DNA from: Candidatus Woesearchaeota archaeon
Lineage (GTDB): Archaea; Nanobdellota; Nanobdellia; Woesearchaeales; GW2011-AR9
Direction of reading: 5' to 3'
DNA length: 64,000 nt
NCBI GenBank assembly: GCA_018696595.1
Contig: JABHQW010000008.1
Location: 192,001 to 256,000, forward strand
Position numbers and translations under genes: made by a program. Positions 41,385-51,187 of this stretch are shown piece by piece. How positions within the stretch are numbered: the stretch's first letter is position 1; every line of letters begins with the position of its first letter. The notes beneath the pieces were generated by a model. That model did not search any database. It saw only the letters and a list, made by a program, of their open reading frames with translations, and had not been told where the DNA came from.

Positions 41385-42065
41385 ATGAAATTAGCAGCTT
41401 TATTCACCGGCGGAAAGGACTCTGTTTATGCTATTCATTTGGCTCAGAAACAGGGACATGAGATCACTTGCCTAATCACAATTAAATCTGAGAACCCAGA
41501 TTCTTATATGTTTCATACTCCAGCAATAGAGTTAACTGAATTGCAAGCAGAAGCAATGGAGATGCCACATGTAATTGCTAGCACAGAAGGAGAAAAAGAG
41601 AAAGAGTTAGAAGATTTAGAATTAGCGATTAAAACCACAAAAGAAAAGTTTGAATTTGAAGGTGTGATTACTGGTGCTTTATTCTCTGAATATCAAAGTT
41701 CAAGGATTGAAAAGATTTGTAATAAATTAGGGTTGAAATGTGTTAATCCATTATGGCATAAAAAACAGGAAGAAGAAATGCAAGAGTTAGTTGACAATGG
41801 TTTTGAGTTTATCTTCACTTCTATTGCTGCTTATGGTCTAAATAAGAATTGGTTGAATAAAGTAATTACTAATGAAGATTTAGAAAAGCTAAACAAATTA
41901 AAAGATAAAATTGGTTCTAATGTTGCTGGCGAAGGCGGGGAGTTCGAGAGTTTAGTATTGGATTGTCCATTATTCAAAAAGAAACTAGTTATTGAAGAAT
42001 TTGAAATTCAAGAAGAGAATGAATGTACTGCTAGAATGATTATTACAAAGGCAAAGTTAGAATGA
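41385..42065 (+). CDS. dph6: Diphthine-ammonia ligase
   Basis: MKLAALFTGGKDS, SYMFH, GALFSEYQ, PLW, GEGGEFESLVLD; likely start is ATG 41385. Confidence 0.9.
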   Translation: MKLAALFTGGKDSVYAIHLAQKQGHEITCLITIKSENPDSYMFHTPAIELTELQAEAMEMPHVIASTEGEKEKELEDLELAIKTTKEKFEFEGVITGALFSEYQSSRIEKICNKLGLKCVNPLWHKKQEEEMQELVDNGFEFIFTSIAAYGLNKNWLNKVITNEDLEKLNKLKDKIGSNVAGEGGEFESLVLDCPLFKKKLVIEEFEIQEENECTARMIITKAKLE

Positions 42066-42454
42066 CTACAGTAATCTGCTTTGGAACATTCGATCATTTA
42101 CATCAAGGCCATTTAAACTATTTCTTACAAGCAAAAGAACTGGGAGACTATCTTATCGTTGTTGTTGCTAGAGATAAGAATACAAACAAAGAAACAACTT
42201 ATAATGAAAATCAAAGATTAAAAGAAGTAAAACAACAACAGATTGTTGACGAAGCTGTTCTAGGGGATTTAGAAGACAAGTATAAAATAATCAAAGAAAA
42301 GAATCCAGACTTTCTTTGTTTGGGATACGATCAGGAGATTGATGAAAATAAACTAAAAGAAGAATTAGTTAAACTTAATTTATTTCCAGAAATAAAAAGA
42401 ATGAACCCTTATCAGGAAGATAAATATAAAAGTAGTTTGATTAGAAACAAATAA
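42062..42454 (+). CDS. ribL: FAD synthase / cytidylyltransferase family
   Basis: FGTFDHLHQGH, VVVARD, LGYDQ, KSSLIR. Confidence 0.8.
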   Translation: MTTVICFGTFDHLHQGHLNYFLQAKELGDYLIVVVARDKNTNKETTYNENQRLKEVKQQQIVDEAVLGDLEDKYKIIKEKNPDFLCLGYDQEIDENKLKEELVKLNLFPEIKRMNPYQEDKYKSSLIRNK

Positions 42455-43273
42455 TTATTTTTTCTTTTTAGCAGTTAAATAACTTTTAAAGATATAAACG
42501 TGTTCCCACACAGAAACAGAAATTTCTATCAACAAGATAAAAGTAACTACCACTATTGCAATTCCATAAATTTGATTAACTAATAATTCGCTTAAATTCT
42601 GAATATTGTTTTTAACAACAGAAACAAAGATTAAGATTGCTAATACAACTAACCAGGTAACTAAAGATTGATGCCCGTGGGTTTTAACAAAATGGAAATC
42701 CTTTTTCAAAGAGTTGTATGCCCCTTTTTTTTCAAATGTCATTACAGGATAGACAAAGAGTAATCGAATTGAAATAAATACTAAATAAACAAGCATGACT
42801 GGGAGGAATATTGCTGCCGCCAATAAAGCATTTGAAGGTAATAAGAAAAATAACACAATCCCTAAAAGTGTTAATGGTACAAAAATAATCAAATAACTTA
42901 AAATGTGAATCCCTAAAGTTGTTAAGTAATGTTTGTTAGCAAATTTAACCCCTCGAATAAAATCTGTTTTTCCTTTCAAAAGAATATCTTTGATCATGCC
43001 ATATTTAGCAGTTAGTAAATAATTGTCAATTAGTACTACTAGAATCACATAAATAGCTAGGAAAATCCAAGAACTGGGGGTTTGTAAGACAATCTTAAGT
43101 AATGAGTATTCACTACTAATAAAAACATCAAGAATACCAGTAACTAACAAGAATAAGTAAACTAAAATTAGATTTACAGTTAAGATTAAAAGATTAGGAA
43201 GAAAAAGTATTTTGTTATTTTTAACAATTCTCCAACTTACTTCAAACGGGTTTTCCCTCTTTTTTCTCTTCAT
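42455..43273 (-). CDS. Hypothetical polytopic membrane protein
   Basis: About six TM helices. Confidence 0.75.
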   Translation of the reverse strand: MKRKKRENPFEVSWRIVKNNKILFLPNLLILTVNLILVYLFLLVTGILDVFISSEYSLLKIVLQTPSSWIFLAIYVILVVLIDNYLLTAKYGMIKDILLKGKTDFIRGVKFANKHYLTTLGIHILSYLIIFVPLTLLGIVLFFLLPSNALLAAAIFLPVMLVYLVFISIRLLFVYPVMTFEKKGAYNSLKKDFHFVKTHGHQSLVTWLVVLAILIFVSVVKNNIQNLSELLVNQIYGIAIVVVTFILLIEISVSVWEHVYIFKSYLTAKKKK

Positions 43274-43399
43274 AGCTTAAAAGAAAGGATTTGGGTTATA
43301 TATAGTTTTTGTTTGCGGTTGTGCATTAATTCCCTCGTGATTCCCATTATTTCACATTATTTATATACTAATTAACTATTGTTAACTTAGGTGATAAAA

Positions 43400-43579
43400 A
43401 TGGGCTGCAAGGTTTGCGATATTGAATTAACTGCAAGTGATTTATTTTATTGCAATTCTTGTGAAAATATCAGAAGACGATGGGAAGTGTATTGTGAGGG
43501 TAATAATTTTTATAAGAAAAACGGAAGAAACGGGCAACCGGGAAGGAAAAAAAGTACAAAATGGAATCAAACGAACTAA
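43400..43579 (+). CDS. Small CxxC-x12-CxxC zinc-finger-like protein
   Basis: SD GGTGA before ATG 43400; CKVC and CNSC. Confidence 0.55.
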   Translation: MGCKVCDIELTASDLFYCNSCENIRRRWEVYCEGNNFYKKNGRNGQPGRKKSTKWNQTN

Positions 43580-44136
43580 AAATAAATGAACAAGCACCAA
43601 AGTTTACAGCTGAAGCGTTACATCAAGGAGAAATAAAAAAAGTTAATTTAGATGACTATAAGGGAAAATGGGTGGCCTTAGTTTTTTATCCAGCAGATTT
43701 TACTTTTGTTTGTCCAACTGAGTTAGGAAGCTTAGCTGATAAATATGAAGAATTCAAGCAAGTAAATACAGAAATAATTAGCATTAGTACAGACACTGTT
43801 TTTGTCCATAAAGCGTGGGCAGACAATTCTGAAACAATTAAAAAAATTACTTATCCAATGTTAGCGGATCCGACTGGAAAGATTTGTCGAGCTTATGGGA
43901 CTTATTTGGAACACGAAGGCCTAAGTTTAAGGGGGACATTTATTGTTGATCCTGACGGAGTTCTAAAAGCTTACGAATTACATGACAATAGTATTGGTAG
44001 AAATAGTGAGGAGTTGATGAGAAAAATCAAAGCGGCTCAGTTTGTCTATGAGCATGGAGATAAAGTTTGTCCAGCTAATTGGCAACCTGGAAAAGAAACA
44101 TTAAAGCCAGGATTGGATTTAGTGGGAAAACTTTGA
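43561..44136 (+). CDS. ahpC: 2-Cys peroxiredoxin
   Basis: FYPADFTFVCPTE and VCPANW. Confidence 0.95.
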   Translation: MESNELKINEQAPKFTAEALHQGEIKKVNLDDYKGKWVALVFYPADFTFVCPTELGSLADKYEEFKQVNTEIISISTDTVFVHKAWADNSETIKKITYPMLADPTGKICRAYGTYLEHEGLSLRGTFIVDPDGVLKAYELHDNSIGRNSEELMRKIKAAQFVYEHGDKVCPANWQPGKETLKPGLDLVGKL

Positions 44137-44171
44137 TTTTTTTAATTTATGTTTTTGAGGGGGTGTTTTAA

Positions 44172-44303
44172 ATGAAAAATGTATGCGAACTATGTGATGA
44201 AATGTTAGAAAAAAAAGACACAGAAGCAATAGATTATTGTGATCTGTGTAATGATGAGAAAGGAAAAGAGAAAAGATTAAAAAGTTCTTGCTCTTGGTGT
44301 TAA
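44172..44303 (+). CDS. 43-aa protein with three CxxC motifs
   Basis: Below the track cutoff; MKNVCELCDEMLEKKDTEAIDYCDLCNDEKGKEKRLKSSCSWC with strong SD GAGGGGGTG. Confidence 0.65.
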   Translation: MKNVCELCDEMLEKKDTEAIDYCDLCNDEKGKEKRLKSSCSWC

Positions 44304-44325
44304 TTAAAACAAGAGGTGTAATAAA

Positions 44326-44928
44326 ATGAATGAATTTAAACCATTACCTTATGGATACAATGCTTTAGAACCGTTTATCGATGAACAAACAATGAAGATT
44401 CATCATAACAAACATCATCAAGCTTATTTTGATAAATTTACAGCAGCAATTTCTGGAACAGATTTAGAGAATAAAGACGTTAAAGAAATTTTGTCTGATT
44501 TAAATCAAATTCCAGAAGAGATTAAGACAGCTGTGATTAATAACGGTGGCGGTTTTTATCACCATAGTTTCTTTTGGGAAATCATGAAAATAGATGTTTC
44601 TTTTGAAGGCGAAATAGCAGAAGCTATTAAAGAAAAGTTTGAAAGCTTTGAAAGCTTTAAAGGACAGTTTTCTAAAGCTGCACTCACTGTTTTTGGATCT
44701 GGTTGGGCTTGGTTAGTTCTTAATGAAAATAAAGAATTAGAAATTGTCCAAACAAAAAATCAAGATTGTCCGTTAAGTATAAACAAAATTCCTCTTTTGG
44801 CGATTGATGTTTGGGAACATGCCTATTATTTGAAATACCAAAATAAAAGAGCCGAGTATGTTGAAAACTTTTTTAATGTGATTGATTGGGATAAAGTAAA
44901 TGAGTTATATAAAGAGGCAAAACAATGA
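44326..44928 (+). CDS. sod: Fe/Mn superoxide dismutase
   Basis: LPYGYNALEP, HHNKHH, FGSGWAWL, NQD, DVWEHAYY. Confidence 0.97.
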   Translation: MNEFKPLPYGYNALEPFIDEQTMKIHHNKHHQAYFDKFTAAISGTDLENKDVKEILSDLNQIPEEIKTAVINNGGGFYHHSFFWEIMKIDVSFEGEIAEAIKEKFESFESFKGQFSKAALTVFGSGWAWLVLNENKELEIVQTKNQDCPLSINKIPLLAIDVWEHAYYLKYQNKRAEYVENFFNVIDWDKVNELYKEAKQ

Positions 44929-45509
44929 AAATAAATAATCGAGAAATACAATTTCCTTTAAACAAGATTTTTCCAAAACGTTGGTCTCCAAGATCATTTA
45001 ATGGTAAAAAATTAACCAAAACACAAATCATGACCTTATTTGAAGCTGCTCGTTGGTCTCCAAGTGCGTTTAATGGGCAACCTTGGAAATTTGTTTACAC
45101 TGAAAGAGGAGATAAGAATTGGAAAAGATTGTTGAATTTACTAATTCCATTCAACCAAATGTGGGTTAAGAATAGCTCTCTGTTAGTTTTTGTAATCTCT
45201 AATAAGAAGTTTGAGTATAATGGTAAATCAAATAAAACCCATTCTTTTGATGTTGGTGCTGCATGGATGTCTGTTGCTTTACAGGCATCATTAATGGGTC
45301 TTGCGGCCCATGGGATGAGTGGTATTAATTATAAGAAAGCAACTGAAGTACTAAAAATACCAAAAAACTACAAATTGGAAATGGCTTTTGCTGTTGGTAA
45401 GAAAGATTTAAAATCAAAATTACCCGCGGATTTCCAAAAAATGGAAGTTCAATCAGATAGAAATAAAGTTAATAAATTCATATCTAAAGGAACATTTGTT
45501 TGGAAATAA
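44925..45509 (+). CDS. Nitroreductase family protein
   Basis: KRWSPRSF, AARWSPSAFNGQPWKF, FDVGAA. Confidence 0.92.
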   Translation: MKINNREIQFPLNKIFPKRWSPRSFNGKKLTKTQIMTLFEAARWSPSAFNGQPWKFVYTERGDKNWKRLLNLLIPFNQMWVKNSSLLVFVISNKKFEYNGKSNKTHSFDVGAAWMSVALQASLMGLAAHGMSGINYKKATEVLKIPKNYKLEMAFAVGKKDLKSKLPADFQKMEVQSDRNKVNKFISKGTFVWK

Positions 45510-45580
45510 AGAAAAATAAAATTTAATTTTAATAGTAATTTTTTTAATTTTTTAATAAGTCTAAATGGAGGTAGATTAAA

Positions 45581-45862
45581 ATGGAAAAATGTAATGAAAA
45601 TAAATGTGGTAGTGAGAAAGAATCTTGTTATAGTACTGGTTGTGATATGACTGATGCTATGTTAAGATTGGCAGATAAAGCTTGGGAAGAGCTAATGCTT
45701 GAAAAAATGAAAAAAGTTTTTGAAGAACATAATGGGGAAAGGATGAATAAAGTTGCTCAGGTGACTGTTGATTCTGCCAATGCGCATTGGAAAACTAAAA
45801 TGGAAGCAATGGGAAACAAGCATAATGCAAAAATTAAATTACAAGAAGCTTTTAGGGGTTAA
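45581..45862 (+). CDS. Hypothetical helical protein with Cys-rich N-terminus
   Basis: SD GGAGGT; 4 Cys in the first 21 aa; Met-rich helices. Confidence 0.7.
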   Translation: MEKCNENKCGSEKESCYSTGCDMTDAMLRLADKAWEELMLEKMKKVFEEHNGERMNKVAQVTVDSANAHWKTKMEAMGNKHNAKIKLQEAFRG

Positions 45863-45877
45863 AAACCCCTTTTTTTT
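45854..45877 (+). terminator. Hairpin plus U-tract terminator
   Basis: AGGGGT-TAAAA-ACCCCT followed by TTTTTTT, between convergent operons. Confidence 0.6.
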
Positions 45878-45878
45878 A

Positions 45879-48062
45879 TTACAACCTTTTTCTTTTCAAT
45901 AACAAACTATTTGTAATTACACTTACGCTAGACAAGGCCATTGCTCCGCCCGCAATCATCGGACTAAGTAACCAGCCAGTCCAGGGATATAATACTCCTG
46001 CAGCAACGGGGATGCCTAAAACATTGTAAAACAAAGCCCAGAACATATTCTGTCTGATTTTACTCATCGTCATCTTGCTTAACTTTATTGCTTTAGGAAT
46101 ATCTAACAAAGAATCTCGCATTAAAACAATGCTACCAGTTTCCATTGCTACATCTGTTCCTGAACCCATAGCGATACCAATATCTGCTTGTGCTAACATT
46201 GGCGCATCGTTAATTCCGTCACCAACAGCAGCAATCTTGCCTTTACGTTGTAACTTTTTAACATGCTTAGCTTTCTCACCAGGAAGAACTTCAGCAAAGT
46301 AATTCTTTATGCCAGCTTTCTTAGCAATAGCTTTAGCAGTTCTTTCATTATCTCCAGTAATCATATAAACTTTTATTCCTAATTTTTGTAAAGCCCTGAT
46401 TGCTTTAGGAGAATCTTCTTTAATTTCATCAGCAACAGCAATAACTCCTAACACTTTCTTCCCTTGAGCAAGAATCATCGCAGTTTTACCTTCAGTTTCT
46501 AAATTTTCAATTCTCTTTTTGAAAGTGGACAAATTAACTTTCCTTTCTTGCATTAACCTTAGATTTCCTAAATAGTATTCTTTTCCAGCAAATTTTGCTT
46601 TTACACCTTTTCCAGTAATTGATTTAAAGCCAGTAATTTTTTTAATTTTAATTTTCTTGGCTTTAGTTTTATTAACAATCGCTTCCCCTAAAGGATGTTC
46701 AGAACTGTTTTCAATACTGCCCGCAATTTCTAACAGTTTGTTTTCAGTTAATCCTTTGCTAACAACTAAATCAGTAACTTCGGGCTGTCCTTTAGTAATT
46801 GTTCCGGTCTTATCAAAAACAACATATTTTAATTTGTGAGCAGTTTCTAAAGCATCTCCACCTTTGATTAGGATCCCTCGTTTAGCGCCTTTACCTGTAC
46901 CAACCATGATTGCTGTAGGGGTAGCTAATCCTAATGCACAAGGACAAGCAATAACTAATACTGCTACAGCAGCAATGATTGCAAAACCAACTTCTGCTTT
47001 AATGATAGAAAACCAAACTGTAAAAGTTAAGAGAGCAATAAAAATAACTATTGGCACGAAGTAAGCAGAAACTGCATCAGCAAATCTTTGAATTGGCGCT
47101 TTCTTAGTTTGTGCTTCTTCAATTAATTTAATTATTCTTGAAAGAGTAGTTTCTGACCCCACTTTAGTTGCTTTAAATCTAAAACTGCCAACTTTGTTAA
47201 TTGTTGAACCAATAACTGGATCACCTTTCTTCTTTTCTACAGGAATACTTTCTCCCGTAACTAGGGATTCATCAAGTGTAGAATGGCCTTCTGTAATAAC
47301 TCCATCAACAGGAACTTTTTCTCCTGGTTTAACAATAACCACATCCCCTTCTTGAACTTCATCAATAGGGATTTTCATTTCTTTTCTGTTTCTAATAACT
47401 GTAGCAGTTTTTGCACCAATCTTCATTAACTTAGAAATTGCTTCAGAGGTTCTTCCTTTTGCTTTTGCTTCTAAATATTTTCCAAATATTACTAATGTGA
47501 TCAATACAGCAGAAGCTTCAAAGTATTGGTGGCCTGTTCCCGAGAGAACAACATAAACTGAATAAAAATAAGCTGCACTTGTTCCTAAGGCAACTAAGGA
47601 ATCCATGTTAGCAGATTTGTTTTTTAATGCCATCCAACTTCCTTGATAAAATTGCCAACCAATATAGAATTGAATTGGTGTAGCTAAAAACCACATCAAA
47701 TAATCTTGAAATGCAAACAATGGTGTTTTCATGAAAAACATTCCTAAGATGAATGCGGGTATAGCGAAGATTGCACTTAAGATAACTTTATTTCTTAATT
47801 TTTTCAAATCATCCTTGCCTTTCTTTTCTTCCTTTCTGAAATCTTTTTCTTTAGAAATATAACCAGAATAACCTTTATTTTTAATACTCTGAATTAATTT
47901 CTGTTCATCAGTAATGTTTGGATTAAATTCGATCGTAGCTTTTTCTGTAGAAAAGTTTACGTTAGCAGACTTCACTCCTTTTTCTTTATTGAGTGCTTTA
48001 TCAATTATCTTTGCACAACTCGCGCAAGTCATTCCTGAAATCTTTATGTTAGTTTTCTTCAT
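45879..48062 (-). CDS. copA: Copper-translocating P1B ATPase
   Basis: HMA GMTCASC, TGES, CPC, DKTGT, SEHP, GDGIND, YN and MALSS TM motifs. Confidence 0.96.
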   Translation of the reverse strand: MKKTNIKISGMTCASCAKIIDKALNKEKGVKSANVNFSTEKATIEFNPNITDEQKLIQSIKNKGYSGYISKEKDFRKEEKKGKDDLKKLRNKVILSAIFAIPAFILGMFFMKTPLFAFQDYLMWFLATPIQFYIGWQFYQGSWMALKNKSANMDSLVALGTSAAYFYSVYVVLSGTGHQYFEASAVLITLVIFGKYLEAKAKGRTSEAISKLMKIGAKTATVIRNRKEMKIPIDEVQEGDVVIVKPGEKVPVDGVITEGHSTLDESLVTGESIPVEKKKGDPVIGSTINKVGSFRFKATKVGSETTLSRIIKLIEEAQTKKAPIQRFADAVSAYFVPIVIFIALLTFTVWFSIIKAEVGFAIIAAVAVLVIACPCALGLATPTAIMVGTGKGAKRGILIKGGDALETAHKLKYVVFDKTGTITKGQPEVTDLVVSKGLTENKLLEIAGSIENSSEHPLGEAIVNKTKAKKIKIKKITGFKSITGKGVKAKFAGKEYYLGNLRLMQERKVNLSTFKKRIENLETEGKTAMILAQGKKVLGVIAVADEIKEDSPKAIRALQKLGIKVYMITGDNERTAKAIAKKAGIKNYFAEVLPGEKAKHVKKLQRKGKIAAVGDGINDAPMLAQADIGIAMGSGTDVAMETGSIVLMRDSLLDIPKAIKLSKMTMSKIRQNMFWALFYNVLGIPVAAGVLYPWTGWLLSPMIAGGAMALSSVSVITNSLLLKRKRL

Positions 48063-48123
48063 TTTATCTTCTCCGTTTTATGATAATATAAACATTTTAT
48101 TTAATTCTTTCTAAGGGAGTAGT

Positions 48124-49563
48124 TTAACCACCGCAACCACATCCCCCTCCAGAAGAGCCACAACTGCCCCCCTTAGGAACTTCTACTTCATTTAAAGCTT
48201 GATTAGCAGAACTACCATCCACTTCATCTTGGACAATGAAAACACCAGGAATCATTCCCATCCAACAGCTCCAGGAAATAGTACCTGTTTCTGTAGGTGT
48301 AAATTCAATAGTTTGTTCTCCTTGTTTAATATCAAACTTTAATCCTAATTTTGGAACCTGAATTGCGTTATTACAACCATTAAGTTCTTTTGCATTAATG
48401 ATCCATTTTACTGGGACGCCTTTCTTGAGAACAAATTTATCAGGACTCCAACCATAACGATTAACTTCCATTCTGATTTCTTGATAACCATCTTTGAAAA
48501 CTAAAGAACTTTCAACACCATCAATTCCTGAATCTCCATTACCAAAAGAATCAAAACCAGCAGTTAAAGAATTGTAATCATAACCAGTACCAGTTAAAGA
48601 TATTCCTCGGTTAATCATTACTAATCCTAAAACGATTACAATTACTCCAGAAGCTTTTAATATCTTATGTGTTGCTTTTTTACTAATGATGCTTGTTAAA
48701 TAACCAAAGCCGAGCATTACTGGTAAAGTACCAAGAGCAAAAATAAATAATAATTTAGCACCTTCAACCATACTTCCTGTTCCGGCAGCCATAATGTAAA
48801 TGGCTTGTAAAGGTCCGCAAGCAATCATTAATCCGTTAAGTAAACCGATTATTAAAGGATTATTGGAATGTTCTTTCTTTCCTTTCCTTAAAAATTTGTT
48901 TAAGAATTGAGGCATTGCTATTTTGAATTTTCTTAATCCAGGGAAGACATTTAACATCTTCAGTCCAAAGATTACTAAAAACAATCCAGCAAGAATTCCC
49001 GCCCATCCTCTAATTGCAGGAGTAAAAGCGATAATACTTCCCAATAATCCAAAAATTGCTCCAATGACCGTATAAGAGATCAATTTTCCAATTGCATAAG
49101 ATAAATGTAACTTAGCTGGCTTCTTTCCTTCTTTAACGCCTTTAGCAGTATAAGAAACAACAAAGCCACCACACATTCCTACACAATGAAATCCTGTTAA
49201 TAATCCAACAACAAATAGTAATCCATAACCCATATTTTGACTGATTGCTGGAATTTCAATTCTGCCATACAATTGCCAAGCAAAATACATGACTAAAATA
49301 AACCCAATAGCTGCAAAACTCCAAGCTAACCAATTTGTTTTTTTAGTTTCTTCTCCCAACTCACAAAGATAACCCTTTTCTTCGATTACTTTTTTAATTT
49401 CTGAATAATTAGTTTTGTTACTATCAAACTCAACTTCAGCTTTTTCTGTGGCATAATCAATATCAATACCTCTCACACCTTCTAATTTTAAAACTTGTTT
49501 AGCAATAATATTTTCACAGCTATTACAAGTCATTCCTTTAGTTTTAAACTTCTTTTTTATCAT
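48124..49563 (-). CDS. HMA + DsbD_2/TauE-like membrane domain + cupredoxin-like domain protein
   Basis: GMTCNSC, FHCVGMCGG, GLMIACGPLQ, SCWMGMIPG, C-terminal GGSCGSSGGGCGCGG. Confidence 0.85.
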   Translation of the reverse strand: MIKKKFKTKGMTCNSCENIIAKQVLKLEGVRGIDIDYATEKAEVEFDSNKTNYSEIKKVIEEKGYLCELGEETKKTNWLAWSFAAIGFILVMYFAWQLYGRIEIPAISQNMGYGLLFVVGLLTGFHCVGMCGGFVVSYTAKGVKEGKKPAKLHLSYAIGKLISYTVIGAIFGLLGSIIAFTPAIRGWAGILAGLFLVIFGLKMLNVFPGLRKFKIAMPQFLNKFLRKGKKEHSNNPLIIGLLNGLMIACGPLQAIYIMAAGTGSMVEGAKLLFIFALGTLPVMLGFGYLTSIISKKATHKILKASGVIVIVLGLVMINRGISLTGTGYDYNSLTAGFDSFGNGDSGIDGVESSLVFKDGYQEIRMEVNRYGWSPDKFVLKKGVPVKWIINAKELNGCNNAIQVPKLGLKFDIKQGEQTIEFTPTETGTISWSCWMGMIPGVFIVQDEVDGSSANQALNEVEVPKGGSCGSSGGGCGCGG

Positions 49564-50069
49564 TGTAATTTTAAATCACCCTCTTTTTCTTTTATTTTGA
49601 TTAATTTGTTTAATTTTAAGTTATAATAACTGCTAATTGTAATCCCCAAGATTGTTATTTGTGAAACTAAACAGAAAATACAAAGTGCTTTGATCAGAAA
49701 AAATTCTGCATAAGTTAAATATAAAGAAACCCCTAATGCAATAACTGAAAAAGCCAACAAGTTTTCTGCTGAAATAGTTTTTCTTAATATTTTTTTCTCT
49801 TTTATCTTTTTCAATAAGTTTTCTTTTGACAAACTAAAACTTATCAATCCTAAAAATGAGTACCCTAATAATCCTAAAAACGCAACGGGAATTCCAAACA
49901 CTTCTGCATATTTGCTTTGTTTAACTATACTACATTGAAATGTTCCGTTTAAATCACAAGGGCTATTTAATGTTGAATAATGAAGATATGTTAAATAACC
50001 AGAAAGAACGATTCCCAAAATAGAAAGAAAAAAAATAAATTTCAGTAAGTTCTGTTGTTTTATTCTCAT
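49560..50069 (-). CDS. VKOR-family disulfide-formation protein
   Basis: CDLNGTFQC loop, SKYAEVFGIP, CIFC. Confidence 0.88.
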   Translation of the reverse strand: MRIKQQNLLKFIFFLSILGIVLSGYLTYLHYSTLNSPCDLNGTFQCSIVKQSKYAEVFGIPVAFLGLLGYSFLGLISFSLSKENLLKKIKEKKILRKTISAENLLAFSVIALGVSLYLTYAEFFLIKALCIFCLVSQITILGITISSYYNLKLNKLIKIKEKEGDLKLQ

Positions 50070-50263
50070 TCTACTTTGTAACCTTCTTTTTCAATTGCTT
50101 TTTTGATTTTTTCTTCAGTAATTTTACTTTCATCAAATTCAATTGCAGCAGTACCTTTCTCACTATCAACTTCACTCTTTACATCTAAGTCATCTAGTGC
50201 ATCTTCGATTAACATTTTACAACTTTTACAATGCATTCCTTTAATTTTCAGATTTATTTTCAT
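50066..50263 (-). CDS. copZ: Copper chaperone (HMA)
   Basis: 65 aa, GMHCKSC, GY at the C-terminus. Confidence 0.88.
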   Translation of the reverse strand: MKINLKIKGMHCKSCKMLIEDALDDLDVKSEVDSEKGTAAIEFDESKITEEKIKKAIEKEGYKVE

Positions 50264-50276
50264 TTTATTTTTACCT

Positions 50277-51119
50277 CTACTTACTTAGTTCTGCTTCAAT
50301 CACTTGTTCAAACACAGAGAAAGGTTGTGCTCCAGAAACAAGATTGCCATTAATGAAAAATGCTGGTGTTCCTGAAACTCCTAATTGTTGACCAGCAATG
50401 AAATCATCTTGTACTTCTTTAGCCATTTCTCCAGAATCTAACATCTTATCAAATTTTCCACCATCTAAACCGATTTCTCGAGCATATTGTTTGAATGAAG
50501 CTACTCCGCCAGCTACGCCTTTCTCAAACAGTAAGTCATGCATTTCAAAATATTTCTCGTCTCCGCCTAATTCTCCAGCAACTTCAGCGGCTTCTGCTGC
50601 TTTCTGAGCATTCTGGTGGAAACTTAATGGGAAATCTCTGTAAATGAATTTTACTTTTCCAGTATCAATATAGTTCTTTTCAATTTGTTGTAAAGATTGA
50701 TCATAAAATTTAGTACAAAATGGACATTCATAATCACTGAACTCAACTATGGTTACGGGTGCATCTTTATCTCCTTTAATGGAGTCATCATCAATGTAAG
50801 TGGCCATATCAACTGCAGGTGCGTTATTATTAGATGGAACGGCTGCCTGACTTGGAACATCAACAACTTCATTATTCTCAACTGCAACTCCTGAAAGTGC
50901 AGAAATCTTTACAGCAACAAATAGTAACAATAAAACTTGAATCACTACTGCAACTGCTAAAAACTTTTGGAAACTATTTAGTTTTGTTCCACAACAAGAA
51001 TCTTTCACTTTCTTGTGTTCTTGTTTATTTTCTACATGTGCTTCTTTATGGGCTGTATGTTCCTTATGGGCATGATGTTCAGGTTTCTTTTCTTCATGTT
51101 CCTTTTCATAGTGTGTCAT
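50277..51119 (-). CDS. Membrane-anchored DsbA-like thioredoxin with His-rich N-terminus
   Basis: FSDYECPFC, RDFPL, GTPAFFING; N-terminal HEEKKPEHHAHKEH...SCCG. Confidence 0.88.
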   Translation of the reverse strand: MTHYEKEHEEKKPEHHAHKEHTAHKEAHVENKQEHKKVKDSCCGTKLNSFQKFLAVAVVIQVLLLLFVAVKISALSGVAVENNEVVDVPSQAAVPSNNNAPAVDMATYIDDDSIKGDKDAPVTIVEFSDYECPFCTKFYDQSLQQIEKNYIDTGKVKFIYRDFPLSFHQNAQKAAEAAEVAGELGGDEKYFEMHDLLFEKGVAGGVASFKQYAREIGLDGGKFDKMLDSGEMAKEVQDDFIAGQQLGVSGTPAFFINGNLVSGAQPFSVFEQVIEAELSK

Positions 51120-51187
51120 TTTGTTTAAAACCTCCAGTTTTTAACATGCAAAAATCATGTAATGATTTTTTAGCATATTTACCTCTT

